Source of the DNA: Caecitellus pseudoparvulus
Taxonomy: Eukaryota > Protista > Bigyra: Bicosoecida
Length of the DNA stretch: 64,000 nt
NCBI GenBank assembly: GCA_965644315.1
Contig: CBFFRQ010000019.1
Coordinates: 1 to 64,000, forward strand
Reading direction: 5' to 3'
The position numbers and the translations under genes were made by a program. Positions within the stretch are counted from its first letter, which is position 1, and every line of letters starts with the position of its first letter. Below, in pieces: positions 21,750-34,999 of the stretch. The notes under the pieces are model-generated. The model ran no database searches. It was not told the origin of the DNA and saw only the letters and a program-made list of their open reading frames with translations.

Positions 21750-23850
21750 ATCGGGCAGGTAGCTGCACGCATCGCTCCTCACAGGCGCCGAGCCTGCACC
21801 TCAAGCTCACGCTCAGGCCCCGAACCCGAGCTTGTGCCTGATCCTTTCGACGAGCATGTGCTGAGAAGCAATGGAACTGCTCTCGTGTGAGGAAGAGTGG
21901 GGAGCATGGAGCGCCCTCGGGGCGGCACGGCATCCCAGCTTGATGCAACGGGAAAAGCAGCATGGAGTTAGCACGGCACCCGCTGCGAGTAGGGCCGTGG
22001 CTACACGAAGCTGCTTGAGGTCCGCCCTTGCCCATGCCATGCGCCTTGGCCTTGGCGTCAATGCGGCCGCTGGCCGAGGGTGCCATGTGTCGAGCGTGGG
22101 TGGGGTGATCAAGGTGGAATGCAGGCGCCCATGCAGGCTGTGGCAAGGCTTCGAAATCACACCTCAAGCCACTTAACACCCCAAACCACGCCCTCCTTGC
22201 AGCTTTCGGCCTGGGCCCAGCCCCACCTTTGCGAAGCCTGGCCCGTACAAGTGCAGCGGGTTGCAACAAACGAAGCCAAGCCTCCACTGCAACCTGCACC
22301 TAGCACCCAAAGAAGCACCCCCACCTGTGCAGCTCGCGCACCTATGCAGTAACAACCCACGCTACGAACAGCTCCATTTACTTTCGTCCGTGGCGAGTGC
22401 TCGAGTCGCCCAAGGCAGCGTCCTTGGCTGCCTCCGCCGCGATGTTCCCTGTCGCAAGCCAAGCCTGAGGAGCAGCCGCTCGAGCTCCAACCAGACCCAT
22501 GAGCTCCCTGCATCCGCAGCACACCCCACCTCTCATGAAAGACGAAACAAACTTCATCTCAGACGCGCACTTCCACACTTCAACCATTACTCAAGGCAAC
22601 AAGCTCCCGAACCACGCCCAAGTGGTCGTTGGAGCTGGCCCACACAAACCCAAAGTCAAGCTTGCCTTCATCCCCAGCACTTACATCCACAGTGTGAAGG
22701 CCTGTCAGAAGCAACATCCCCTGAACAAAAGAAACGAGCCATTCTGACATGCCCATCGAGCGTCGAACTCTCCCTGAGCATGCACGCCGCAAGTCTGCTC
22801 GTCAGCCAGCCCAAGGCAGCTCACGAAAGACGCCCACATGGCCGCCATGGCGCATCTACACAAGCCCAACCCCAGATTCTTTCCCATCACTTGCATGCGC
22901 GTCCACAGCTCATCCCCCTGTCAAAGTGCGAGAAGCTCCCACGACACATCCACATGCCAGCCTGAAAGCAGCTCTTCACCTGGAGCCACACCTCGCGTGC
23001 GTGTCAGTTGCCCAGCCATCATGCAAGCTCAAAAGTGTGACCACTAAGCCAGGTGACCATGCTAGCATGCAAGTCGAATCCTGGCCTCAGGCCCATGGAG
23101 GTCTGCTGTATGCACGTCCACTACGCGCTCGCCCTCCAGCGACCAAAGGCTCTACTCTGCCCGCAGAAGTAACGCAGCTCTGCGCCCCTGTCGAGTGCTT
23201 GTGCCGTCCCATACGGCATCTTTGCCAACTCATACAGCAGCCGGCCCGGCAGCAAGCCTGTCCTGCAGTGGAATGATGCGGTTGCCAGTCAGCGCCAGCA
23301 GCTCTCGTACGACACCCACATTGCCCCCTTGAAATGCGAGGCGAAAGGCAACCCCGTTGCCCGTGTGCACGTCCACAGCCCGCTCACCAGTCAGAGCCAA
23401 GAGTTCTCGCACTATTTCCACATGACCAAATGCATAGGCTTCGCGGAAGCCAGCCTCAGGCACACCCCTTAGCCCGGCAGGTACTTCCACTGCCCGGCCA
23501 CCCTCCAAGGTCAGGAGCCCACGGAACACTTCCAAGTGGCCACTCTTGCAAGCGCCTCGGAACCCTCCTTTGGGCCCAAGCTAGTCCCTTGCGTGCACAT
23601 CCACGGCCCGCGGACCAGTCAGGGCCAAGAGTTCACGCACGATGTTGTCATGACCACGCCCACATGCCTCCTGAAATCAGACCTCTCGCCCACCCAGGCC
23701 GCCAACATACACATCCAATGCACCTTCACCTGCCAACGCCTGGACATAGCGGACTTCCTGCACCCTTCCGTCTCAACAAGCAGCCAGGAGTTTGGCTTCG
23801 CTGCTGGCACCTCCGTGTCCACCGCCCGGCATGAAAGGGCTGATCAGGTC
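21750..23850 (-). pseudogene. Cluster of decayed ankyrin-repeat gene fragments
   Basis: Recurrent GH(L/V).VVRELL.L.G.RAVDVH motifs (23230-23535, 22580-22792, ~23000-23150) broken by stops (AC*HGHLA*) and frameshifts. Confidence 0.7.
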
Positions 23851-24502
23851 AATCGACATCATTGGCTCCAACGGCATGAAAGATCCTGCACCTCCGAATG
23901 GTGCTTGCCATCCCTCCTCTGGCGCTGCTCCATGCGGCTGTGCATCCACCGTGGTCCAGCAAGCAGATTCCGCAACTCCGCATGCACTGCAGCTGTCCCG
24001 TCTGCGCAGCAGGCTTTGCTGCAGCAATCCGTCCACGAGTGAGTATATTCAATCTACCTCTGCCATCCACTTGAGCGACTGACTGCAGTTGTGAATTGCA
24101 TCGCGCCTCGTGTTTGCGCTGGCGCTGGCACTGCTTCGCCCAGCTGCTGGGCACGCCAAACACCCACAGCTGGCGCTCCACACTTCCTGCAAGGCCTGGC
24201 GCAGCAGCACACCAGATCCCAACTTTCAATCAAAGCTACTTCACCATCCCAGCCCGTCACCATCCTGCACACCTGCTCACGCTCCCCGCCAGACCGCGCA
24301 AGCGGCACACTCGAGCCACACCAAGCAGCTCTGGAAACTCAGCAGTCTCAGGACGCTCACCCTGACCTCATCCACCCACAATGCGCCAAGCAGCCATCTG
24401 TGTTCAAAGTGCATTGCCTTCACACAGCCCACCAGGTGCACAAGGGTCAGCCGATCCGCACACCAGCTTCGCACCGCTGCCACTGAGCAAACTCGACACA
24501 AC

Positions 24503-27500
24503 TCAGTCTTTGGGCTGCAGGTTCTTGATGGCGTCAGTGATGTGCTGCTTGAGCGCAGTGGCCTTTTCCCTGAGCTGCTTCGCCACTTGAGAAGGGTCTG
24601 TTCCTGCCGCCAGGCCGAGGCCGCCGGCCAGGGGCATGGCGGAGTTGACCACTGCGCCAAAGGTGCTGCCGCCCGACATGGCCTGCACGCCCAGCAGGAT
24701 GAAGACAAGCATGATGACGAGCAAGACCACAAGCACCATGAGACTGTACAACAAGACGTCCCACGAGAGGCCCGTGGCTGAGAGGGCTGCTTCGGTGATT
24801 TCCCGCAGCAGGATGTGGATGCCCGCCTTGAACTCCTGGCGGTCCAGCACGTTGTCCGACTCGATGACGTCCAGCGACGCGAAGATGCGCTTGGCCCGCT
24901 CGTTGGTCAGGGGCAGCGACGCATTGGCAGTGAAGTCCACGAACTCGTCGAAGGAGATGCCGCCGCCGTCCGTGTCAAAGGCGTCGTACAGCAGGTCGAT
25001 GGCTTGATCGGACAGGCGCCCGTTGACGAGGGGCAGGGGGGCGAACTTGTTGGCGAGCTTGGTCTTGGCGCCCGCCACGACGCTGTCCATGGCCGCCTTG
25101 GCCTTGTCCTTCGCAGCGTCCAGGGCCACCTTGGCCGCTGCAGTTGCCGCAGCGGTGGCCGCAGAGGCAGCTGCGCCGGGGGACGAGGTGTCGACTCCAG
25201 CCCGCTGCAGCTGCTCCACGAGGCCAGTGATGATGTTGATAATGGTCTCCAGGCGGTCCTTGTTGAAGCCGCCGAACTGCAGGGCCAGCTTGCGCACGCC
25301 GGAGATGTCTCTGCGCGACAAGGACAGGATGGCGTCCACGATGGCCAGCGCGCCGTGCTGCTCCACCGGCACCACGCTCTCCAGCAGCTGCATGATATGC
25401 TCCTGCCGCTTCCCCAGCTCCTCCGCCACCGCCTTGCTCACTGCCAGCGCCTTCTTGGCAGAGCTGCCGCTGGTGGAGCCCGCTGCAGACACAGCCGCCG
25501 CAGCCGCCGCGCCACTCTGCCCTGCCGTTTGTGCTCGGGACGCGACAGATGCAGCTGAGCCAATGACGGACTCAGCCTGTGACGCAGCGGCGTTGGACAC
25601 GTCTTCCAGGGCACGCAGGCGGGCCTGCATGAGCGCGATGAAGTGCTGGATGACGCCGAGGGCAGCCACGAGCTTGGGCTCGTTCTGCACCAGCGCCTGC
25701 ACGAAGACGGGGATGGTGGTGAGGAGTTCACCAGGGTTGCCGCGCAGGAGGATGCCGCCCAGCGTAACGGCCAGGAACTTGGGGTCACGCAAGCGCTTGG
25801 CGAAGATCTCGTCGCCACTGCCCTGCGACAGGAAGTCCGTCACCATGCCCAGGGATGAGAGGGCGCCTTGTGCCTGGGAAATGCCGCCTGAGATGGCCCC
25901 TGCCGCGCTGCCCACAGCTCCCAGAGCAGAGTCCCGCGCACCCATGATGTCTGCACTGAGCAGGGAGGACAAGTTGGCACCGCCCACCATGCTGCTGGCG
26001 GCGTCCTGCGCCTGACCTGCCGCTGCACTAGCAGACGCACTCAGCGCAGCCAGAGGCGTGGCCACAGACGTCGCGATGCCATGTGAGACTTGTGACGCCG
26101 CGAACTTGACCACCGCCATTGAGGCCTGTGCTGCCTGCGACACTTGCTCCTTGCGGGACCGGGCCGCCTTGCCTGACGTGTCACGCTGCAGGACCGCCTG
26201 CACCTTGTCCACTGGCCCCAGCAGGCCCATGGCAGACTCGATGGAGGATAGAGACACGCTCTGCAGCAGCTTCACCTCCTCGAAGCTGGTCAGTCCAGGG
26301 GGCAGCTCTTGGCCTCCTTGGGACACATCCCTGACGCGCTGCACGATGGCCTCAGCGGCCGGCTTGGGCAGGCGTCGCAACAGGACGCGGATGAGGGAGT
26401 TCCGGATGCTTTCGTTGTGCAGCAGTGTGAGCTGCACGGTGTTCTGGGTCAGCATGACACGGGGAATGCCAAGGATGCGGCAGAGGCCCGTCGCGACGTC
26501 GCCTTGCATGAGGGAGAAGAAGCCGATGAGGACGCGGTCCACCTCTGGCAGGACAAAGGCCGGGTTGGCGCCCCACACAGCCCTGGACAGCAAGCGCACA
26601 GAAGCGCCCTTCACGCCAAAGTACTTCTCCGTCGTGCGGTTGGACATGCCCCGCAGGGACTGCAGTGGGTGCAAGCCCACCCCCACACTCCACCGCTGTG
26701 CCGCCTGCAGCACAGGCAGCACTTGTTCCAGCAACCAAGGCCAGCGGGTGGTCTCTTCGTCCCCGCGGTCGCCAGAGGATGCTGCCACAGCTGCAAGGGC
26801 AGGGCCGGCAGCCCGCGCCACGGGAAGAATGCGCAGCAGTTCCTCAGCAGGCGGCAGACGCCCTGTCACGAACTTCAGGATGGTGCTGAGCACACGGGCC
26901 GTGGCACGCACAGGCTTGGCCTCACCGCCAACGTCGTCGTCCTCCTCCCTGCAGAAGGGGATGCTGCTAAAGCGCGCGGACTCCACACGCGTCAGCAGCT
27001 TCAGAGCCCTGTCCAGGTCAATGCAGGCGCTGTCACGCGTCAAGTCCAGGCCCGCCTCGGCGGAAGCTCGTGCAAGGTCGTCGCGCACAGCCAGAGACTT
27101 GACAGCTGCCGCGGCATTGTGGGAGGACAGCGTGCGCATTTCATCTCCGTCGATCATCAACTGCACCGTCGCGGAGCTGCTGCGAGCATCGCCCACCAGG
27201 CGGTGGAACTGGTTCGTGTGTTCCTCCTGCTTCTTGGCGAACTTGTCGCTCATCTCCGCCTCCACGAACTCGTCCAGGCGGTCTCGCTGCGAGTACAGGT
27301 CAGACACGAACGCCATCTGCATGCGCATGGCATCGTGCACGGGCAGGTTGGCGCCATTCACTGCCTCCACCATGTCCAGGCGCAGCTCCTCAGCCACGGC
27401 CTGGGGCGTGAGCAACTCCCCAATGGGACGGTACCCTGCCATGGCCCGCGCGTTCATGTACTTCATCTGGGCGCGGTGTACGTGGAAGCGGCAGTGGAAC

Positions 27501-30500
27501 TTGCCTCGCATGACGCTGACGGAAAAGGCGGGGTAAATGGGCATGCCTTGCAGGTCCAGGTTGTTGAATGCGACGCCCATGGGTGCGTCGAAGTTCCCGT
27601 TCAGACCGAAGGTCATGGTGCGCTTGTCGTAGTCCACGGCGCAGCTGATGATGTCGCCGTTCTCCCACTCACTGCCGAAGGAGCCGTCATCTCCGCCATT
27701 CCACTTCTTCCGACGCTGGCCGTCCCAGGCCCACGAGCTGGGGTCGTCGCCAACGCCATTGTTGCGCTTGGTCGTGAAGGCGCTGTTCACCCAGCCCACC
27801 TGCAAGTACCGGTCTCGCCCAGAGAACATCTGCAGCTCGTAGTAGTACCTGCCTGACGTCACCGCCGCGCCTGGAATGGCTACTGTGGGGAACGTGGACG
27901 CTTTGCTGGTGTTCAGCGACAGCCGCACACGGCCGCTGCTGTCCCCCATGAACAGCCCATCGATGCCGAGGATTTGGTACTTCCGCCTGCCAGAAACCAT
28001 GGGCAGGGGGCGCGTTGGCCCGCCAGCGTTGAACTCGGGCGCATACTTGCTCTGCAGCACCTTGCGGCTCTCGCTGCCCGCATACCGCAGCGCATCATCG
28101 CTGTCGTCCATGACTGCAAAGTCAAAGTAGTCCTCCGCCTCTGCCACCTGGTCGCCGCCCCTGGGCGACATGGTCGAGCCGCGTCGAGGGTGTCCCTTGG
28201 AGTCCGGTGAGCCGAAGCCCTTCTTCTTACTCTGCCCTGTCAGCAGGCGCATGGTGCTCATCTTCAGCATGGCGTCCTCCTTGTGTTTGTCCAGGTCATC
28301 CTCGTCCTCACCAGGGTTGCCGCTGGAGGAAAGGCGGCCGGGGAAGCCACCCTGGGCTGGCTTGGCTTGCCCACTGCCAGGTTTCTGCTTCTCTTCCGTT
28401 TCAAATCCGCTTGGGCTGTCTGCCCGACCCGACGCAGGGGTGGGCAGAGGAGGCGGTGCCTTGGACTCGCCAGCGCCGTCCTGCGGTACAGACGATGAAG
28501 ACTCGTGCAGGCCACTCGCCCCAGACTCTGTCAGCGTCGCAGAATGCTCTGCACGGGCATCCAAAGCCGAGGTCCGGTGTCCGGCGCCAAGTCCGCTCAA
28601 GTCCACCTTGGACACTTGCGTGGAGGGATCCTCCGCGTGGCTTGCTTCGGACAAGCAGATGAAGTTGTTGTGCATGTCCAGAGTCATCAGCTTGATCTTG
28701 CGATCGGCGCCAGTGGTGATGAAGAGGAAGTCGGTGGCAGCGGACTCCCTGTCCACCCGCAGTGTCGGCATGGAGGAGCTGATCCACGGTTCCACCTTGT
28801 GCCGGAAGTCCTTGCTCATTGGAACGATTTGCGTGATGCTGCCCTCGTGCTGGGGTGCCATCTCAGCCACCACCCGCCAGTCCATCCACAATGACTCCGT
28901 GACATGTGCGGAGCGAGGCGCGCCGAGCACGGCCAGCAGCCGCCCATGTGACGTGCCCACCAGGATGACGTCGTTGGGGGTAGGCATGCTGGGGCGTGGC
29001 GCATCCACCACAATGGCCTCCTCCTCCTCGCTCATGGACGCTTGCTTCTCTGTGGCAGCAGCCACGTAGTCCAACCACACCTGCCGCTGTACTTTGCCGT
29101 CATCGTCGGTGGCCTCCCACTTCACCGCCAGGGGGTTCGCGATGGACGAGACCTGCGTAATTCGCTCCCCTGTAGACAACTCGATGACGTCGGCGGCAAA
29201 GTGGTTCAGAGCACGCGCTTGCTCCGTGACATTGCTGAAGTAGATGCCGCCGGCGCTCTTCACCGTCGCAAACCACGACAGAGCTCCCCAAGCCTTCTAG
29301 TTGGCGGGGACGTGGTCAATGAGCGTCAGTTGGCTCTTGTACTTCAACTGCAGCCCCGTAACTGGCGCTGTGGCGAAATCACGGGAGGCCTCTGTGTCTG
29401 GCCCCAGCCTGTTCCGCACCTCCCGCGTGGCCCCTACAAAGGCAGAGGGGAAGGCGAAGAAGTACGACACGATGCCGACGGGGATGCCATCATTCGGAAT
29501 GAGGCCGTGCAGCAGCAGGCGCGCCTGTCGCTCCTTCTCCAGGGTCGCCTCGTCCCCGGCTTCCAACAGCCCATACCCGTTGCCGCAGTGCAAGACGTAG
29601 ATCTCCCGCCCAGTAGTGAGCAGGTTCTTCGTCTCGTCGTCACCGGTGTCTGGATCCATGAGGGGCCAGTGCGCTGTGAAGTTGTTCAGGCGCCCTGGCA
29701 GCAGCTTGGCGGTCATGTGCTTGGCCGACTTCAGCCACTACGTAGTGGCGCCCAGCGGCTCGGCATTCAGGTGGGTCAGTCGCCACGGCACGATGGACTT
29801 CGATGCAGTCTGCACGAAAAGGGCTGGCTCTTCCTCAGCGGGATACCGTTTGGTGCTTTGGACGAGCGTTCGAGCATCCATGAAGCACCTGCCGTCCTTG
29901 CCTGTCATCGGAATGTCCAGCTTCTCCATCCTGACGGGAACGGGCTCGTACCCTTCGCCAGGCGGCACGCTCATCTCACCCAAAAATCCTGGCAGGTCGC
30001 TCTCGCCTGAGTCTGCAACATCCGCGGCCGATTCCTGCACTTCCACAGGGGCGAAGTCGCCCTCCACACGGTCGTTGGAGATGCCCCACACGCAGTCACC
30101 GACCTTGTCAATGCCCACCAGAGCCGCCGACCGCGCCTCGTACGTCTCTCGTTCAGCACGGCACAGGGACTTGACTGCTTCGCCCTCTGTCTGCACGCCC
30201 AGACCCAGCTCTTGGATGTACTGCAAGCCGGCATTCACCTGCCACACGCGCACAGAACCACGGGAATCGCCTGTATCGAGGCGCAAGTAGGCATGGCCCT
30301 CATCCCAAGACGAGTTCCGGATGAAGGCGGCTGCGGTGATGCCTTCCAGAGTGGTCACTGACAACGTCGGGTGTGGCACGATGAGGTGTGGCACGATGCT
30401 GCCACCACAGTGCTCATCGTCTGCCCTTGATGTTGCAATGCCGTGAATGTCGAACATGGCTGTGATGAAGTCAATGGCTTCACAAAAAGCCCGCAGGCGC

Positions 30501-30697
30501 TCAGGCGCCTCCACTTCTTCCGCAGGCACGTACTGGAAATCCAAACGCCAACACCTCCCGAAGGGCACTCCTTCACCCGTGGCGGAAAGCAAGGCAGACA
30601 AGGTATCCCACACAAGTACGCATCCTGACATGAGCAGGTAGCGATGAGAATCTGCTCCCCTGCCTACGACTTTGTCAGTATGCCGCCAGCGGCACAC
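24503..30697 (-). CDS. Large SPRY + EF-hand protein with C-terminal transmembrane segments; one reading frame broken by two in-frame TAGs (29297-29299, 29738-29740); start uncertain; possibly a pseudogene
   Basis: SPRY motifs GRYYYEL...LQVGW...GVGDDPSSWAWDG...WENGDIISCAVD; EF-hand pair FDTDGGGISFDEF / LDVIESDNVLDRQEF; hydrophobic C-terminus; the three listed ORFs share a frame (gaps of 33 and 21 nt). Confidence 0.75.
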
Positions 30698-31367
30698 CTG
30701 CGTGCCAGCGCCACAGCAGCGGCGAACTTCCCACGCCGCAGCGGCATCAGGGAAGATTTTCAGCCTTCACACTTCGAAATAGATTATTTTTCTATGGTCC
30801 TAATCCTCTAGCTTCAAAAACCACCCCCACCTTGCGCCAGCTTCTCCAGAATTGACGCCGGCAGGCCTGGCAAACACAACCGATTTCCGCAGCACGGTTT
30901 GCCGCACTGCACGGCCCCCTGGCTGCCTGTCGCTGAGTGACGGCACGAATGAGACTTCCTGGTCAACAATTACATAGAAGGGCTCAGTCTTACGGGTCTA
31001 AGTTCCTTGCTTCTGCCCCTCTCAGCGCCAGGCTGCACTAAATCGTTGGTTAGTAAGTCACAACCGCAACACTTGCCACTGCAGAACAGTGTTCAAGAAG
31101 GCATAGCATCTCACGGGTGAGAAGTCATTCTAGAGTCCATTGTCATCTCACAGCTTGCTGGTGTCTCGTGACTTGATTGTTTCATGAGCTCCAATGGCGC
31201 CCTCGCCTCGATATGGGAAGGCATGTCTCGCACCTTCCTGCCCAGCAAACCTCCACAAACCTGGCAAGAAACTTTGCGGGGCGAAAATACGCAATCCACG
31301 CTCCGTGGCAGTCCTTCGTCTGACACATGGAAGCCTTGCCGAGCGGCATTTCCACACCTCAGTCACT

Positions 31368-34300
31368 TCAGCCACTGGGTTCACTTGGTTCTCCGGCATC
31401 ACTTGAGTCAGAGTCGAACACATCTGGAAACACCGTGATTTTTTCAGCCGTTGGCGCAGGCACAGGAACGAAATCGCCACCCACCATCGCATGCACCAGC
31501 GGAGAGTCAAGGTACTTCGCGCATTGCTCCAAGTATGTCTTGTTTGCCACAAGGTCTGTGTTTGTGATGTACAGCATGTGCACCCGCCACTCTGGCTTGC
31601 TTACTCCATCCACTGGCTCTGTCGTCACCCTGAGCTTCCTGTACTTGTCAACACCACTGCCCTTCTGGCCGCCAGTTCCTTGCCCAGCACCACTTACACC
31701 GCCAACGGATACTTGCTCTGCCTTTACCCGCACGTCTGCCTTCAGCAGTTCTAACCAGGAGTTCACAACAGACATGCCACCCTCAGAGCCCTCTTCACCC
31801 CCAGCGTCTGATGCGGGCGCGTTCTCGCTGCCGCCAGGGTGCAACAACCTCACGTTTCCATCCTCAAGAACCTCGAGGTGTGACCGTTTTGAGAGCGCCA
31901 CCTGTGCAATGTCGCGCAAGCCAGGGGGCACATCCGTGGGCTTTCCCTTTCCTGATGCGTGGGCGTACAGGTTGGAGGAAGTTACCTCAACGAACACGGC
32001 GTGTTTGACCTCTGTGTCGTGATGCACCAGCAAGGCGTCCACGCCAGGGCTGTTCTTCCACGTCTGGACCACCCAGGCATCGCCTGGTTTCATGCCATGC
32101 AAGGATGACAACACATCTGCCGGCACCACAGAGCTGTTCAGCGCGAGCTGGTTTGGTGGTATGTCGCCAACTCGTGGCGCATCCGCCTCCTTCAGTCCCA
32201 AAACTCTCATCAGCTGTGACAAACGAGGACCGTTCGTGACCGATGCAGGCGACACCACCTTCACCAAGTCCAGGGAGTTCTCGTTCTGAGGGTACTCCAT
32301 GAGTTGCTTCACATTCTCAGGAAGAAATGCTTGGCCCACCGCCAAAGCACGGTGTCCGCACGCACCCAACGACAAGAGTGCGACAATGTCGCTCTCAAAT
32401 TCACTCTCCGTGGAATGAACCCCTCTCAGCAGATTCGACAAACGCTGCCCATCCGTCCTTCCATAAGTACGTGACAGCAACACCTGCAGGAGGGCATGCC
32501 TTGCGGCCAACGACACAAACACAGCGTTATTTGCCACCTCTTCGTTTGCAACATCAACCCGAGACACCATTGAGGCGTTCACCAGCCCGTCAAGTGCTTG
32601 CGCCATTTGCAAACCCCAGGTCGCTGCCGCAATGGCGGGCCAAGTAAGCGTCACCTCTGTGCTGTTGTCACGAAGTTGTCGCTCGAGGCGCCTCCGGAGC
32701 TCACCCGATAGCTTGTAAAAAGTTCGCTGTAGGGCATCTTTGTGCCCCATGCGCTTCAAATCGTCACAGTACTGCCGAATAAAGCGTGGCACATTGCCAA
32801 GGTACTGCAGCATTTCCCACAGCTCATGCTCGGTTGGAATCGCAGGCCCACCGCCCACTCCAGCGTGCCCTGCGCTTGGCAGCGACAGCTCTGCATCGAC
32901 CCCACTGAAGAGCACTGCCATCATGGTCTTCGTCGTGGTTGGCCCCAGCTCGTAGAAAACCTCCGAAAATTGGCTCTTGATCGTTTCCCCTAAAATGGTG
33001 TCTGGGGAGCTTGCCAGCACACGCATCGTGCCTTTTCCCTCATGCTTGCCAGTCCAATCACACCAACCTCGAAGCGCCCCTCTCATCGTACCTCGTTTCT
33101 CATCTCTCACATTTCGGTACAAGTTGTTCACCTCATCCACCACAACCAAGCGCTTGCTGTGCAGAGGCGCCTCACCTGGTTCTCCAAACAAGTCATCCAG
33201 GACGTTCAAGACAGTCTGTGGAGGCAGCTTCGAGAAGCGTAGCAGCGGCCACATTCGTTCATGCAGCACATTCCCGCTCAAAGCGTCCCCTGCGCTTGTG
33301 TTCAGCCCCTGCAGCAGCGTCTTCAAAGTAGTGTCAAGCAGAGCACCACCATCTCGCACATACAGCACGTCAGCCCCCAGGCCAACAGCCGCGATGCTGA
33401 CCAGCGCTGCCAGAGTGGTGCTCTTGCCGCATCCATGCACCCCTGTCAGCAAATGCCCTGGGCGCTCAGTCGTCAACGCTTTTGCGCAGCTTGCAAGGAA
33501 GGCAATGCGCTCTGGCGTCCACACGATGCTCAGCGTGGGCAGTGCCTGCCGAGGCAGCTGCTCCAGCGTGCCGTCCAGACGGGGACGAACGGCAGGCAGG
33601 TGAATGAAATCAGTTTCCTTGGGATGTAGCGTCAGAGGGAGCAGAGACGGAGCTGCCTCGTCGTCCGTCGCCGCGCAGATGCCGTACTCTTGCTGAAAGT
33701 CTTTGGGCTTCAATCCCTTGCTGCTTACAGGTGAAATGAACCTCGTTGCAAATGCCACAACCTCCCCGTTCTCACCAAAGACAGGATTCAATTCAGTGAT
33801 GCCCATGGCGTGCTGCGATGCGTCTTCGGTTCCTGTTGCACCACCTGCGTCGCCCGCTCGTCCCCCGTGCTCCCTCTGCAGTGCAGCCTTGGCCTCCTCA
33901 AACCATTTCAACACCCCCTCCTTACCTCTCAGCATCGCATTTCCCAGATCAAGCTTCCAGCCCAGCACATGCCGCACCGCCTGACGGTGGCCGGCATCTG
34001 GCATGTACTCCTGCCCAGTCGCACTGTCAAGCAGCACTTTCCGCAGCGGGAGCACCGTATTCGAGACACCTGCAGAGGACAGCGCAGAAGCCCACGTGGC
34101 CTCCTCTTCGGCTCTCTTCTTGGCGGCGGCCTCCTCCTCCCTTTCCCGCTTCTTCCTGGCGGCTGCCTCCTCTTCGGCTCTCTTCTTGGCGGCGGCCTCC
34201 TCCTCCCTTTCCCGCTTCTTCCTGGCGGCTGCCTCCTCTTCGGCTCTCTTCTTGGCGGCGGCAGCTGCGGCGTCTGCGGCAGCTGCAGCAAGCTTCATTT

Positions 34301-34999
34301 GATTCGTAAGCAGCCCATGAATCAGCCGCTGACGATTTTGCGGCTCTACGTAAAACATGCCTTGAAGAGACTTCTTGTTGATTTCCTTTGCGGGCACGAA
34401 CAGCAGCGTCTCCATGTCCAGCACTATCTCTCGCGCTGCAGCCTCCCAAGCCTGCTCATCCAAGCCCCGCAGCATACCTGGCAGTGCAGAGCAAGCCAGT
34501 GCCAGAGCCGTTGCGGTTGTTGGGTCGGATCCCTGCATCAAATGCAAAAGAAGAAGTGCGCCAACGCTCACAGTATCAGGCAAGAATCAGGGCCATCACC
34601 CGCAGCACGTACCTGAGGCAGCTCAGGTGGCAGAAATTGCACAGCAACATCCAGACCAAGTTCATGTAGAGCAGTGTGCAGACCCCCAGGCTCATACACG
34701 GACGGCGCGTTCATCGCCGGAAGCACGGTGTCAGGCTCCGGCGGCTTTAGGCTGCTGCTGAAGTAAGCTGCTCCCGCGCCCGGCCACGAGTGCCACGCCC
34801 CTGCAGAGGACGTGTACTCTCGTTGTGGAACATAGCACACTGTGCCTTCCCACGCATGATCCACGGGAGCGGCGCATTCAGCAGACGAGGAGGGCTGGGC
34901 GGCACTGCTAGACGAAACGCCACCACGCCAAGCACTGGCCGCGGCACATCTGAGTGCCCTGCCAGCCGTAGCTAGAGCTGAGCGAGAATTCAAGAGCAT
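31368..34999 (-). CDS. Crinkler/RHS-type P-loop NTPase + PD-(D/E)xK nuclease-like protein (2 exons, intron 34533-34612, ~1183 aa)
   Basis: Walker A GVHGCGKS, Walker B LVVVDE, nuclease-like NSPGVDALL...VFVEVT; a phase-0 GTACGT...TGCAG intron joins ORF 34568-34999 to ORF 31368-34583 in frame. Confidence 0.7.
34099..34260. repeat. 66-nt coding tandem repeat (~2.5 units), charged helical linker
   Basis: AAAKKRAEEEAAARKKREREEE repeated, near-identical at the DNA level. Confidence 0.85.

Noticed and set aside
24503-30697. Genome-wide reassignment of UAG to an amino acid
   Set aside because: TAG ends several genes here at plausible positions (E2 and E3 ORFs, AMT, 57101, 57103) and never interrupts the 3400-aa or 1635-aa ORFs
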